64,000 nt of DNA, taken from positions 17,772 to 81,771 of the forward strand of contig JAWOGF010000050.1 in assembly GCA_046497075.1 (NCBI GenBank). Reading direction: 5' to 3'. Below, piece by piece: positions 28,004 to 37,747 of this stretch. Source of the stretch: Candidatus Saliniplasma sp. (lineage in GTDB: Archaea; Thermoplasmatota; Thermoplasmata; Halarchaeoplasmatales; Halarchaeoplasmataceae). The notes below the pieces were generated by a model. That model did not search any database. It worked only from the letters and a program-made list of their open reading frames with translations, and was not told the DNA's origin. Every line of letters starts with the position of its first letter. Within the stretch, counting starts at the first letter, position 1. The translations under genes and the position numbers were made by a program.

Positions 28004-29782
28004 TCAATCCAAATCCTCAGTTGATAATACTTCCATCTCTCTTTCTAAGATACTTATCTGCCTTTCTTTCAGTGCGGATGGGCTCACGGTTATCAAAAGC
28101 AAAGAGTCTGTTTCCGATATGATGTCTATCATATGTCTGAGGAACTGGATAGTTGCATCAAAACCCGTATTACTTATCAAATATTCAATACCGTCTAGCA
28201 AAATGACCTTCCCTTCATCTATTATCTCTTCAAGTCTGTATGTTATACTCTCTAGGTTGGGACGAATTGTTTCTAGATTTTCGCTGTCTCTACCGGTCAA
28301 CCAGTACATCTCTGCTCCATCAAGGGAATATTCTTTAAGTATCCTATTGGGATTTAGACGGGAGATGATATAGATCTGATTCTCTTTGCGCAGTAGATCT
28401 TCTAACATCCTAAATCCTTTATCGGGACGTTCTTCCTCTATTATATAACTGATTCCGGGCTCGAGTTCATTAGTTATATCAGCTTTAGGTCCCTCTTCCT
28501 CACTTTCGATTTTGTTTCGAAAACTCTTTTTAACAGTCTCCAACGTGATCTCTTCGTTTAAGAGAGAGGAAAAAGCCAATAATCGGTTGATAGCTCCTTC
28601 GATCTCTCTTACATTTTTAGTGATATGGGTGGCTAAGAATTCTTTTACATCTACAGGCACATCCACTCCTTTTTGTTCAATTTTCCGTTCTATGATTTTT
28701 AATCTATTTTCATAGGGGGGAGGGTCGATACTGATAACAAGTCCTGATTTAAACCTAGATACTAATCTTTCTTTAATATCTGGGATCTCCTCCGGAGGTC
28801 TATCACACGTAAATATTATCTGTCGGCCTTCTGTAGTGAGATGATTGAACAGGTAGAATATTATCTCTTGATGTTTCTCTCTACCAGCTAAGAATTGGAT
28901 ATCATCAAGGAGCAGTAAATCAGTATCATAATATTTCTCTCTCACGTCCTTAGAGGTCTCATCTTTTAAGCTCTGTATCAGATCTGCAGTACAGTTTTCC
29001 GTCGTGGAATATACGACATCCAACTCCGGATGATTCTTCCTTGTATAATGTCCGATTGCCTTTAGAAGATGTGTCTTACCCATGCCTGAACCGCTTGTCA
29101 GTACTAAGGGATTGAAGGATCTTCCAACACCCCGAGCTACTTCTCTTGATGCGACATAAGCTAATTTATTATTCTCCCCTACTACAAAATTATCAAAGGT
29201 ATATCTCTCTGGAAATATACTGTCCTCTATTTTTTTCCCCTGCCTTTCTTTTATGATCATATCGTAAACTTCGAGTTCTTTCTCATCCATATCATCACGA
29301 GTTATCTGTTCTTCGATTTCTTTTGATTCAGCAGATATCTCCTCCTCGGTCTCCTCGGAAACCGTTTCCTGCAGACTTTTTGTCTCGTCCCCAACCTGTT
29401 CTAGCATCTCGATTACATCTTCCTCAAAATCGGGAGTCTGTTCAGAGATATTTTCATCGAGTTGGCCGCCTACATCTTTGATCAGTTTGTCGATGTCTAC
29501 CTTTGTATGAACCTCAAGATAAAGTTCCTCTTTATCATCTAAACTTAGTATCTTTTTGTACGCATCCTCACCGGATATCTCCATATCTGATGGGGTATAT
29601 AGAAGAGCATTTTTTGGTGTTCCATCTTTCAATGTGATATAACCCTCAAGCTCTTCGTCCACGGTTACCCGAATATAACCACGGAATGAATACTTTTCGA
29701 GCTTTTCTAGGGTCTTAGAAAGTTTTCCAGGACCTTTTTTATCCTGTATCTTTAATCCTTCGGGGAACTTTTTTCTTGACAA
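28004..29782 (-). CDS. DnaA-type AAA+ ATPase with a DUF4388-like N-terminus and a DUF835-like C-terminus, lacking the DnaA DNA-binding domain IV
   Basis: The core aligns colinearly with bacterial DnaA domain III. Matching segments are 'YTFDNFVVGENNKLAYVASREVA', 'GSGMGKTHLLKAIGH', 'LLLLDDIQFLAGREKHQEIIFYLFNHL', 'IIFTCDRPPEEI…RLVSRFKSGLVISIDPP' and 'NVREIEGAINRL'. The C-terminal 150 aa ('…VILLDGIEYLISNTGFDATIQFLRHMIDI…LLLITVSP…') fits the archaeal DUF835 pattern. The N-terminal 100 aa ('FRGYIRVTVDEELEGYITLKDGTPKNALL…ISGEDAYKKIL') is DUF4388-like. Confidence 0.8.
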   Translation of the reverse strand: MSRKKFPEGLKIQDKKGPGKLSKTLEKLEKYSFRGYIRVTVDEELEGYITLKDGTPKNALLYTPSDMEISGEDAYKKILSLDDKEELYLEVHTKVDIDKLIKDVGGQLDENISEQTPDFEEDVIEMLEQVGDETKSLQETVSEETEEEISAESKEIEEQITRDDMDEKELEVYDMIIKERQGKKIEDSIFPERYTFDNFVVGENNKLAYVASREVARGVGRSFNPLVLTSGSGMGKTHLLKAIGHYTRKNHPELDVVYSTTENCTADLIQSLKDETSKDVREKYYDTDLLLLDDIQFLAGREKHQEIIFYLFNHLTTEGRQIIFTCDRPPEEIPDIKERLVSRFKSGLVISIDPPPYENRLKIIERKIEQKGVDVPVDVKEFLATHITKNVREIEGAINRLLAFSSLLNEEITLETVKKSFRNKIESEEEGPKADITNELEPGISYIIEEERPDKGFRMLEDLLRKENQIYIISRLNPNRILKEYSLDGAEMYWLTGRDSENLETIRPNLESITYRLEEIIDEGKVILLDGIEYLISNTGFDATIQFLRHMIDIISETDSLLLITVSPSALKERQISILEREMEVLSTEDLD

Positions 29783-29867
29783 GGTAAGGGGCTAATCGCA
29801 AATGACTAATAAATATGTTTCCTGTAGAACCCAAAACTCTTATCCATAAAAATTAATAATGAGATAG

Positions 29868-30458
29868 ATGAGATATCTAGCTACACGCTGTCCCGAATGT
29901 ATATCAAGTTTCTACAAAAAGATCGAAAGGGGGCCTTTCGTAGATATCAAATGTCCTTATTGTGGTGAAAAATACGTCGAAAAGGTAAACGAAAACAAAG
30001 TAAAAGATGCCGATTTTTATTGGGAACTCTATATCAACCTGTATCCCCGTCTTAAAAACAGATACCACAATTATAGACTTTTGAAGGTCGGATCGATCTT
30101 CTTATCCATAGCTATACTCATCAATTCTATCAGTATTATCAAAGGAGTAATGGGCCCTGGATTTACATTAGAAAATGTTTCGGTTTTCATATCTGGTTTG
30201 ATTTTGTCAGGTATGATCTTTTTAGGCTTCGCTGTTATTGGAACTGTGAGTGTTCTTCTTAAATATTCCTACTCTATAGCTATATCTGGCGCCTTTTTCG
30301 GAGGGTTGACTTCGATACTGCTTTATATATATGGGGTCTATTCAGGGATATCGGCAGCTCCATTCAGTTTGAGCTTCAATACTATAATCGCATTTTTCCT
30401 GTCGATGATCTCCTTATTTATCATCCTACATAACCGATGGGAATTTTTAAGGAGTTGA
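29868..30458 (+). CDS. Membrane protein with an N-terminal zinc ribbon
   Basis: It has 'CPECISSFYKKIERGPFVDIKCPYCGEKY' followed by 4 TM helices. Confidence 0.5.
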   Translation: MRYLATRCPECISSFYKKIERGPFVDIKCPYCGEKYVEKVNENKVKDADFYWELYINLYPRLKNRYHNYRLLKVGSIFLSIAILINSISIIKGVMGPGFTLENVSVFISGLILSGMIFLGFAVIGTVSVLLKYSYSIAISGAFFGGLTSILLYIYGVYSGISAAPFSLSFNTIIAFFLSMISLFIILHNRWEFLRS

Positions 30459-31430
30459 TCACCCACCGAGATATAAATAGGTAAGATAAAGAAAATATGC
30501 TGCGGTCATGATTACTCCCTCCAACCTACCAAACTTTTTACCCGTATATATGAATGCGGTCAAAGCTATGCTAACCGATATCATAATCATCATATTGGGA
30601 AATATCTCCGGAGTGAATGTTATCGGGGCAAATATAGCACATATACCCAGCACCATCAAAATATTGAAGGTGTTCGAACCGATCACATTACCGATGGAGA
30701 TATCGGACTCCCCTTTATGGGCTGCCATTGAAGAGGCGGCCAATTCAGGGAGCGAAGTAGCGATAGCGATGATGGTAAGACCGACCAAACCTTCTGAAAG
30801 TTGAAATTCATGTATGTAAAAAACTGCGGACCGTATCATCAGTTCAGCACCTATAGCGATACCTACCAACCCTATAATCAACTTTCCAATATTGATTTTC
30901 AACTCCTTCGACCTGACGCGTTTGTATTCTTCGGTTTCAAACTTCTTCTCCACAACTTCCTTCTCACCTTCAACAAAAGCCACCAAAACAAAGAACGCAA
31001 TATATGCAATTAGACCTATGAGAAGTAGGATCCCACCCAACCTATCGATGGTCATCCCGAATGAAACGACCAACAATAATGAAATAGCACCGAACATTAT
31101 CGGGATCTCCCTTTTTATCACCCCAATATTCACCGATATGGGTTTTATCAGCGAGCTGATACCCAATACTAAAAGTATATTCGCGATATTAGAACCGATC
31201 ACATTACCGATAGAGATACCAGTCCTTCCTTTGAAAACTGCGTTCAAGCTAGATGCGAGTTCTGGTAATGACGTTCCGAACGATACTAAGGTCAATCCGA
31301 TGACCAGGGCTGGAACCCCTAGATATGCCGCAGTTTTACTGCCGCCTTCTACCAGATAATCTGCCCCTTTGATAAGTATGACTACACCTATAGCTAAAAT
31401 CACCGTCCATCCTATCAGATTTACTGCCAT
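30459..31430 (-). CDS. CaCA-family cation/Ca2+ antiporter (YrbG / K+-dependent Na+/Ca2+ exchanger-like)
   Basis: The duplicated alpha-repeats are 'GTSLPELASSL' and 'ATSLPELAASS'. It is 323 aa with about 10 TM helices. Confidence 0.85.
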   Translation of the reverse strand: MAVNLIGWTVILAIGVVILIKGADYLVEGGSKTAAYLGVPALVIGLTLVSFGTSLPELASSLNAVFKGRTGISIGNVIGSNIANILLVLGISSLIKPISVNIGVIKREIPIMFGAISLLLVVSFGMTIDRLGGILLLIGLIAYIAFFVLVAFVEGEKEVVEKKFETEEYKRVRSKELKINIGKLIIGLVGIAIGAELMIRSAVFYIHEFQLSEGLVGLTIIAIATSLPELAASSMAAHKGESDISIGNVIGSNTFNILMVLGICAIFAPITFTPEIFPNMMIMISVSIALTAFIYTGKKFGRLEGVIMTAAYFLYLTYLYLGG

Positions 31431-31518
31431 TTCCCATAGATATATGTAGTTTTATTAATAATTGACCGACAACGTAATGAATAAATTATATGTACCGGAA
31501 TAGGTTAGTAATTGATTA

Positions 31519-32703
31519 ATGCAGCAGATGGATGTAAAAAAGGTAGACGGGAATCTCACCCTGCTGGGTGTTGATTATCTCGGCGATGAAGATATCGAAA
31601 AGAATGTATTCGAATTCATCGAAGAAAAGAAGCCTGATAAGGTCGGTATAGCCATCTGTGAAACTAGATTCGAGACTCTAAAAGGGGATGGGAGTTGGAA
31701 AGAAAAACCATTATTACCTACCTATAAAAAAGGAAAAATCGGTCCACTGATCTACCAAACATTCGTGGATTCGATCAATGAGAATCTAAGACAGTTTAAA
31801 AATATCGAACCAGAGATACACGTGGCTCGACTGGTACCTTTTATGGATAAACTAAATACTGATGTAGAGTTCATAGATAGGGATATAACGCTCACTCTTG
31901 GAACAGCTTATCAAAACATGTCTATTTTTGAAAAGCTAAAGATGGTCAAGTACCTAAAGTCTACTATGCTGAGCTTTTCTGGTAAAAAAAAGAGTGACTC
32001 AGTGGACAATATAAAACATCATGACGATCTTGTTGAAGGGGTTTTAGAAAAATTAGAGATGTTCGCACCCTCCGTAGCTAATAAAGCAAGGAAAGAAAGA
32101 AAGGAATATATGGCAAAGATGTTATACGGGTTCAGTAAAAGTGGAACTGTTGTCGCTGTGTTACCAAAAAGTAAGATATATGACGTCTTTAAAGAAGTTA
32201 ACCGATTAAAGATGGAAGAACGGTTTAAAGGTGAAAGTTCAAGTGTTAAACACCTAGAAAATATCGGTAAAAAGGTATATTCTAAAGTAATACGTTACGC
32301 TTCCTCTATTTTCTTCATAGCCCTTGCGATATACCTATTCCTTTTTTCTGACGTTTTAAACATATGGCGTGCTTGGCTCTACTGGTTCTTAGCGGTGGGA
32401 GGTATGTCCGCATTAGGATCCGCATTAGTAAAAGGACATCCATTCTCGATAATCATCTCATTTCTGTTAGCACCATTTATGTCTCTAACGTTGCATGGTC
32501 CCGGTTGGATAGCCGGCTATGTAGAACTGAAGGTCAGGAACCCCACTATGGCTGACGTTAAGAACCTGACCGCTTGTAGGAACGCCTCGGAGTTTTTATC
32601 AAATAACGTGATAAAAGTTTTCCTTGTAGGAACTTTTTCCAATATATTCACGTGGTTAGGGCTCTTTATCATACTCCCTTTATTGATCAGATTCGCCGGA
32701 TAG
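31519..32703 (+). CDS. TraB/PrgY/GumN-family protein with a C-terminal membrane domain
   Basis: The N-terminus 'LTLLGVDYLGDEDIEKNVFEFIEEKKPDKVGIAICETRFETL' resembles the TraB-family GTAHVS region. The C-terminal hydrophobic segments are as in archaeal TraB homologs. The assignment is tentative. Confidence 0.5.
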   Translation: MQQMDVKKVDGNLTLLGVDYLGDEDIEKNVFEFIEEKKPDKVGIAICETRFETLKGDGSWKEKPLLPTYKKGKIGPLIYQTFVDSINENLRQFKNIEPEIHVARLVPFMDKLNTDVEFIDRDITLTLGTAYQNMSIFEKLKMVKYLKSTMLSFSGKKKSDSVDNIKHHDDLVEGVLEKLEMFAPSVANKARKERKEYMAKMLYGFSKSGTVVAVLPKSKIYDVFKEVNRLKMEERFKGESSSVKHLENIGKKVYSKVIRYASSIFFIALAIYLFLFSDVLNIWRAWLYWFLAVGGMSALGSALVKGHPFSIIISFLLAPFMSLTLHGPGWIAGYVELKVRNPTMADVKNLTACRNASEFLSNNVIKVFLVGTFSNIFTWLGLFIILPLLIRFAG

Positions 32704-32746
32704 TGGAAAAAAATATATCACCCTCTATTCATAATGCCAGCATCAG

Positions 32747-33598
32747 ATGAGTCATAAAGAATACTTTAAACGGGTTTTCGAAGGAATCCTGATGGGGATG
32801 GCAAACATCATCCCTGGCGTGTCCGGTGGTACCATGGCACTGGTCACAGGCATATACGATAGGCTGATACATTCCATAAACACCATCCCTATTGATGCGC
32901 CGATGATCTTATTGAAAGGAGATTTTCAAAAGTTTCGAAAAAAACTTCGTGAGATTGATTATCGTTTCCTGATACCCCTGATCTTTGGTATCCTTATAGG
33001 TTCTTTATTATTAGCAAGGGCTATAGAATACCTCCTTGATTCACTCCCGGCAGCTACCTATTCCTTTTTCTTCGGTCTCATACTTGCCGGACTGGGTGTG
33101 ATCTACAAATATATAGAGAAAATCGATCTGAAAACAATATTATGGGGTGTTGGAGGGTTTCTATTCGCATTCCTTATCGTAGGCCTACCTACATTCCAGA
33201 CGGACCCCAGCCTTCCCATCGTATTTATTGCAGGATTTTTTGCCATCATCTCTATGATTTTACCTGGAATATCCGGTGCTTTCATACTTATCTTCCTCCA
33301 GCAGTACGATTATATGCTGCATGCACTCAACGATTTCGATATACCCGTGATACTGACCTTCATCATCGGCGGAACAGTAGGTCTATTTGGATTTTCCAGA
33401 CTACTCGACTTTCTGTTAAAGAATCATAAATCCGTGATGATGGCGTTCCTCTTCGGACTGATGGTTGGGGGACTGAGAGCACCCGGCCTAGAGATCGCCG
33501 CCATATCCCCGCCTCTTTATGAAATCATATTGCCAGCACTGGTGGGTTCAATTTTGGTGATACTTCTAGAATATAGATACGTTGTGTCTGAAAATTGA
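32747..33598 (+). CDS. DUF368-family polyprenyl-phosphate translocase (PopT-like)
   Basis: The N-terminus 'ILMGMANIIPGVSGGTMALVTGIYDRL' and a second 'PGISGAFILIF' half give the duplicated PGxSxSG motif of PF04018. Confidence 0.8.
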   Translation: MSHKEYFKRVFEGILMGMANIIPGVSGGTMALVTGIYDRLIHSINTIPIDAPMILLKGDFQKFRKKLREIDYRFLIPLIFGILIGSLLLARAIEYLLDSLPAATYSFFFGLILAGLGVIYKYIEKIDLKTILWGVGGFLFAFLIVGLPTFQTDPSLPIVFIAGFFAIISMILPGISGAFILIFLQQYDYMLHALNDFDIPVILTFIIGGTVGLFGFSRLLDFLLKNHKSVMMAFLFGLMVGGLRAPGLEIAAISPPLYEIILPALVGSILVILLEYRYVVSEN

Positions 33599-33617
33599 AA
33601 AATCTTGTTATGAAAAT

Positions 33618-34277
33618 TCATATCTTTTTGAAACCCCGGCGAGCGTATCCAAGGATCGCCCTCCTGATATAGAAGAACGTTTGAACAAAAGTCCTATCCT
33701 CTCCACCGGCATCTACATTACCTTTTTCGATCTCTGATACAACATCATCCCATGACTCTATATTTTCAAATATCCCGTAAGCCTTGCCAACGGATTTGAG
33801 TCTATGGGCGTCACTACCACCTATTATAGGCAATCCCAACTTTTTAGCCGCTTTTCTAGCCTTTATATTTTTCCCGTACCAGCTTCTACCGTTGATACCT
33901 TCGATAGCGGTCCAATCGTTTGAAAATAGATTCTCCTCCCCCATCCCAGACCAGTATCGATAGGGATGTGGGGCTGCTGCTATGGCTCCCTGAGCTTGTA
34001 TCTCATCTATGGCTTCAGCGATGGTGGGTTGTTTACCGATCTCTTCCTGTATCCCTATAGCCATCACGTGCCCCTGTTCAGTACTAACTTCTATCCCAGG
34101 GACTACTATAAGAGAGGTTTCTTCGTCCTTTATACTCCTGTAGCCCTCTAAAGTATTGTGATCCATGATTGCTAACCCATCCAGGTCTGTCTTCTCAGCT
34201 TTCTTTAAAATATCCCTAGGTTTACCATTGGAATCGCCGGAGTAAGTGGAATGTACGTGCAGGTCGATCTTCATCAA
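33618..34277 (-). CDS. PHP-domain metal-dependent phosphoesterase
   Basis: The PHP signature is 'MKIDLHVHSTYSGDSNG…LDGLAIMDHNTLEGY…GGSDAH'. Confidence 0.8.
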   Translation of the reverse strand: MMKIDLHVHSTYSGDSNGKPRDILKKAEKTDLDGLAIMDHNTLEGYRSIKDEETSLIVVPGIEVSTEQGHVMAIGIQEEIGKQPTIAEAIDEIQAQGAIAAAPHPYRYWSGMGEENLFSNDWTAIEGINGRSWYGKNIKARKAAKKLGLPIIGGSDAHRLKSVGKAYGIFENIESWDDVVSEIEKGNVDAGGEDRTFVQTFFYIRRAILGYARRGFKKI

Positions 34278-34840
34278 TATCCCTCGATCAAGTCCAATAT
34301 CTTTTCGGTGATCTTATCCTCTTTATTTTCAAGGATTTTATATATCTTTTCCTTTAGTTTCTCTTTATACTTTCCTTCGGCAAGAGGGACCCTAGTGGCG
34401 TAAACCATTGAATCCACTAATGGGTCTTCCCGCTGTATATATCTACCCTCACCGAACTTTTCGATGATCCGAGCGTTGACCTTGGAAACCGTGGTTTTAC
34501 CCAACTCGTCCTCTAACTCATAATCTTGGAGATCAGAGACCTCACAAAGATGAACTATAGACGCTGTTTGGGGATAATAAAATCCGGCCTTATTTTCCAT
34601 GAGGTCCTCAGCTAGCTCTTGATAGCCCGGTTCGTCATGTCCCTTCAAGGACGCTTTGTAAAATAGAGATGGATCATCTACTAAAGAAAATGTGAATCTA
34701 GGATTCTTTCGTAGATTCCTAGCTGAATCCGATGGATGATAGATATCCAATTCGATGAAACCCTCTTCTAACCGAGCACCTGCAGCCGAGGTGTTCATGT
34801 GGCTGTTCCAAGTCACCAGTATACCTTCATATCTCCTCAT
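34274..34840 (-). CDS. Hypothetical protein, possibly an FMN-binding split-barrel-like (DUF447-like) protein
   Basis: It overlaps the PHP gene by 4 nt (operon). The family assignment is weak. Confidence 0.4.
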   Translation of the reverse strand: MRRYEGILVTWNSHMNTSAAGARLEEGFIELDIYHPSDSARNLRKNPRFTFSLVDDPSLFYKASLKGHDEPGYQELAEDLMENKAGFYYPQTASIVHLCEVSDLQDYELEDELGKTTVSKVNARIIEKFGEGRYIQREDPLVDSMVYATRVPLAEGKYKEKLKEKIYKILENKEDKITEKILDLIEGY

Positions 34841-34849
34841 GATCAGTTT

Positions 34850-35317
34850 TCACGCAACCTCCATACCCCTCTGAGGTTTCTCTTTCTTACCTTTTTTTGG
34901 CACATTCACCTTTGGCATAGGTATAGGAGGGGGAAGCTGTACTTCTCTAGCGATCAGAACCGACTTAGGTATACAATTTTGGATCACAGCAGAATGGACT
35001 GTGTTGGCTATCTCGTTAGGCATCTCATTGTCCTTTCTCCACTTCGAGGCTAAATCAGAGGGGGCATCCTTGATCTTCAGCCTTCCTTCCAGCTCGATCC
35101 TGCCGAGACTTTTGTAATTGGCCGTGAACCTAAAGTAAATGTCGAATGAATCTTTTGTGATCTGCTTGATCTTTGTGACCGAACTGTTGTGATCTATTCT
35201 CACATTTTTCTTCCCTTTGCTATTACTAGAGAACCGTTCAGCGTCGATAGATTTGATCTCAAACTTGGTGATTGACATGAGGTGTAATATTCTTTGGTGA
35301 TTTAATAATCTTTCCAT
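34850..35317 (-). CDS. Hypothetical basic protein (K/P-rich C-terminus)
   Basis: The tracked ORF 34850..35494 runs into the divergent AT-rich promoter region. An internal ATG at 35317 (or 35278) is the more plausible start. Confidence 0.4.
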   Translation of the reverse strand: MERLLNHQRILHLMSITKFEIKSIDAERFSSNSKGKKNVRIDHNSSVTKIKQITKDSFDIYFRFTANYKSLGRIELEGRLKIKDAPSDLASKWRKDNEMPNEIANTVHSAVIQNCIPKSVLIAREVQLPPPIPMPKVNVPKKGKKEKPQRGMEVA

Positions 35318-35453
35318 CCAACAAGTCCCACTGGGTTTTGAATAAGAGTATATTCGGATATAGGCAAGAATATAGATAAGAATATAGGCAAAATCTTTAT
35401 AATCTCCCAACCTGATTGTGATATACCTAATTTGTTTAAAAGTCGTGGTTATT

Positions 35454-35810
35454 ATGGCAACGAATACGATAGAGAGGTTATTAAACAAGGTCAAGAAGGA
35501 CCTTGACGTGGATGAGATTACTTTGATTTCCAGAAGTGGTATGCATATAGGAGGAGATGTTCCAGAAAATGCTCATCTCGAAACTTTTGTGGCCATGTCT
35601 GCAATCCTCCTTGGATCCGCTGAAACTGCTACCTCCGAATTGGATGAAGAACTCTCACACGTTGTGGTTGAGTTAAAAAAGTCTCGGGTCCTAGTTATGA
35701 ACGATGGGCCTTCAGCTTTATTAGCGATCAAGATGCCCAAAGACTCAGATATGGATAAAATTTTACAAGGGTTGGAAGAACCGATAGAAGAACTTAAAGA
35801 TCTGCTATAG
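35454..35810 (+). CDS. Roadblock/LC7 (MglB-like) domain protein
   Basis: 'ITLISRSGMHIGGDVPENAHLETFVAMSAILLGSAE…VLVMNDGPSALLAIKM' is typical of Robl_LC7. The ATG at 35454 is preferred over the upstream hydrophobic extension. Confidence 0.6.
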   Translation: MATNTIERLLNKVKKDLDVDEITLISRSGMHIGGDVPENAHLETFVAMSAILLGSAETATSELDEELSHVVVELKKSRVLVMNDGPSALLAIKMPKDSDMDKILQGLEEPIEELKDLL

Positions 35811-35812
35811 GG

Positions 35813-37300
35813 TTGAGAATAATGTCTAAAGCTTTTATCAATTGTAATGTAATCCCTTTAGCTAGTCGTTCCGAAAAATATCATGGATTTTTAGTCGAAG
35901 ACGGGTATATTTCATGCATAGAAGACTATGATAGGATAATGAAAGAAAGCGAAAAAAAGGTCAATTTAAAAGGCTACACGGTCCTTCCTGGTTTTATAGA
36001 TTCTCACGTTCACTTGATGCAGGAAGGGATCAAAGAGGATAGATTAGATCTCTCGGATACGGACAGTTTCGAAGAGGCGAAGTTCTATCTCGAAAAGGAA
36101 TTAGAAAAAAAAGATGGATGGATAATAGGAGTTGATTTTGACGACACAAAGTGGAAAAAATCAAATTATCCGTCTAAACAGGATTTAGACGAAATAAGTG
36201 ACACGCATCCTATAGTCGTGACTAGAGTGTGTGGACATCTCGCCGTTGCAAATTCCAAGGCCCTCGAGCTGATCGATGATGACTGGGAAAAAGTGGATAG
36301 GGATTCTGGAATCTTAAAAGAGGAAGCGGTGTGGAATCTAGATGAAGTGATAGGAGTAGACAAAGAAAAAAGGAAGGCCGCTATCAAGAAGGGTATCAAA
36401 TCTGCCCATGAACTGGGAGTCACAAGTGTTCACGAGATTGTCGATAGAGAGGGGTGGGAAGCCTATGTTGAATTGGATGAAGAGTCGGATCTGAAATTAA
36501 GGACAAGGTGTTATTTGCACTATGACGATGTAGGGGACCTAGAACCTGAGGACAAAAGTGAGTATCTTTCATTGAGAGGTATCAAAATCTTCGCAGATGG
36601 GTCACTTGGAGGACGGACCGCGGCACTTTGGGAAGAATATACCGATGACCCAGGGAACAAAGGCATGTTGCTGCATCAAAAGGAAGAGCTTGATAAGATC
36701 ATAGTTGATGCTGAAAACAAGGGTTTTCAATGTATGATACACGCCATAGGGGATAGAGCTATAGATACGGTATTAGATTCCTATTCGGACTCGACTGAGA
36801 AAACTGACGAATTACGGCATAGGATAGAACATGCTGAGATGCTTTTGGATGAAAACATCAAAAGAGTTCGAGAACTGGGATTGATGCTTTCAATACAACC
36901 AAATTTTGCCTATAATTGGTCACAACCCGGCGGTATGAATGAGAGAAGACTCGGTGAAGAAAGGTTGAAGAAAACAGATCCATTATGGAACATACAGCGT
37001 GCCTTGGTCAAGATGGCTTTCGGTTCAGATAATATGCCGATGTCACCTCTTTTTGGAGTTTACTGTGCTACAAACCATCCTTTATTAGAACAAAGGATAT
37101 CCACATATAATGCACTTCAGAGCTATATAACAAATGGTGCCTACATAGGGAGGGATGAGGAAGAATTTGGAGAAATTCAAGAGGGTAAGAAAGCGGACTT
37201 CGTTGTTCTATCGGAGAATCCTCTAGAAGTCGAGGATATCAAAGATATAGAAGTCAAGATGACTGTTGTGAACGGGGAGATAGTTTATGACGATCTGTAA
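35813..37300 (+). CDS. Amidohydrolase-3 family metal-dependent hydrolase (YtcJ-like)
   Basis: The motifs are 'GFIDSHVHLMQEG', 'HAIGDRAIDTVLD' and 'RIEHAEML'. Confidence 0.8.
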   Translation: MRIMSKAFINCNVIPLASRSEKYHGFLVEDGYISCIEDYDRIMKESEKKVNLKGYTVLPGFIDSHVHLMQEGIKEDRLDLSDTDSFEEAKFYLEKELEKKDGWIIGVDFDDTKWKKSNYPSKQDLDEISDTHPIVVTRVCGHLAVANSKALELIDDDWEKVDRDSGILKEEAVWNLDEVIGVDKEKRKAAIKKGIKSAHELGVTSVHEIVDREGWEAYVELDEESDLKLRTRCYLHYDDVGDLEPEDKSEYLSLRGIKIFADGSLGGRTAALWEEYTDDPGNKGMLLHQKEELDKIIVDAENKGFQCMIHAIGDRAIDTVLDSYSDSTEKTDELRHRIEHAEMLLDENIKRVRELGLMLSIQPNFAYNWSQPGGMNERRLGEERLKKTDPLWNIQRALVKMAFGSDNMPMSPLFGVYCATNHPLLEQRISTYNALQSYITNGAYIGRDEEEFGEIQEGKKADFVVLSENPLEVEDIKDIEVKMTVVNGEIVYDDL

Positions 37301-37347
37301 AATCGATTATATTATATATTCGGAACCTGTTTAGAAAGGTTGATAAC

Positions 37348-37728
37348 ATGGTTGAGATAGATGAGGATTTAAAATATACTAAAAATCATGAATGGATCAA
37401 GGTGGATGAGGATGAGATAACTTACGGTATCACAGATTATGCACAGGAAGAGCTTGGTGATATCGTATACGTCGAATTACCCATTGAAGATGAAGAGGTC
37501 GAAAAGGGCGATGTCATCGGGGTTGTCGAATCCGTGAAAACTGTATCGGATCTTTTTGCTCCTGTATCGGGTACGATCGCCGCTGTGAACTCTGCACTCG
37601 AAGAAGCACCTGAACATATAAATGATGACCCCTTCGGAGAAGGATGGATAGCCAAGCTTGAGATGGACGATAAGTCCGAGCTGGAAGCATTACTCTCTGC
37701 AGAGGAATACGAAGCTCAAACGGATTAA
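37348..37728 (+). CDS. gcvH: Glycine cleavage system H protein (lipoyl carrier)
   Basis: The lipoyl-lysine motif is 'VVESVKTVSDLFAPVSG'. It is 126 aa. Confidence 0.85.
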   Translation: MVEIDEDLKYTKNHEWIKVDEDEITYGITDYAQEELGDIVYVELPIEDEEVEKGDVIGVVESVKTVSDLFAPVSGTIAAVNSALEEAPEHINDDPFGEGWIAKLEMDDKSELEALLSAEEYEAQTD

Positions 37729-37747
37729 AAATAAAAAAAAAGAGTGT

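Noticed and set aside
35318-35494. N-terminal 59 codons of tracked ORF 34850..35494, and the first 12 codons of 35418..35810
   Set aside because: Both extend into the shared AT-rich divergent promoter region with hydrophobic low-complexity translation. Internal ATGs were chosen.
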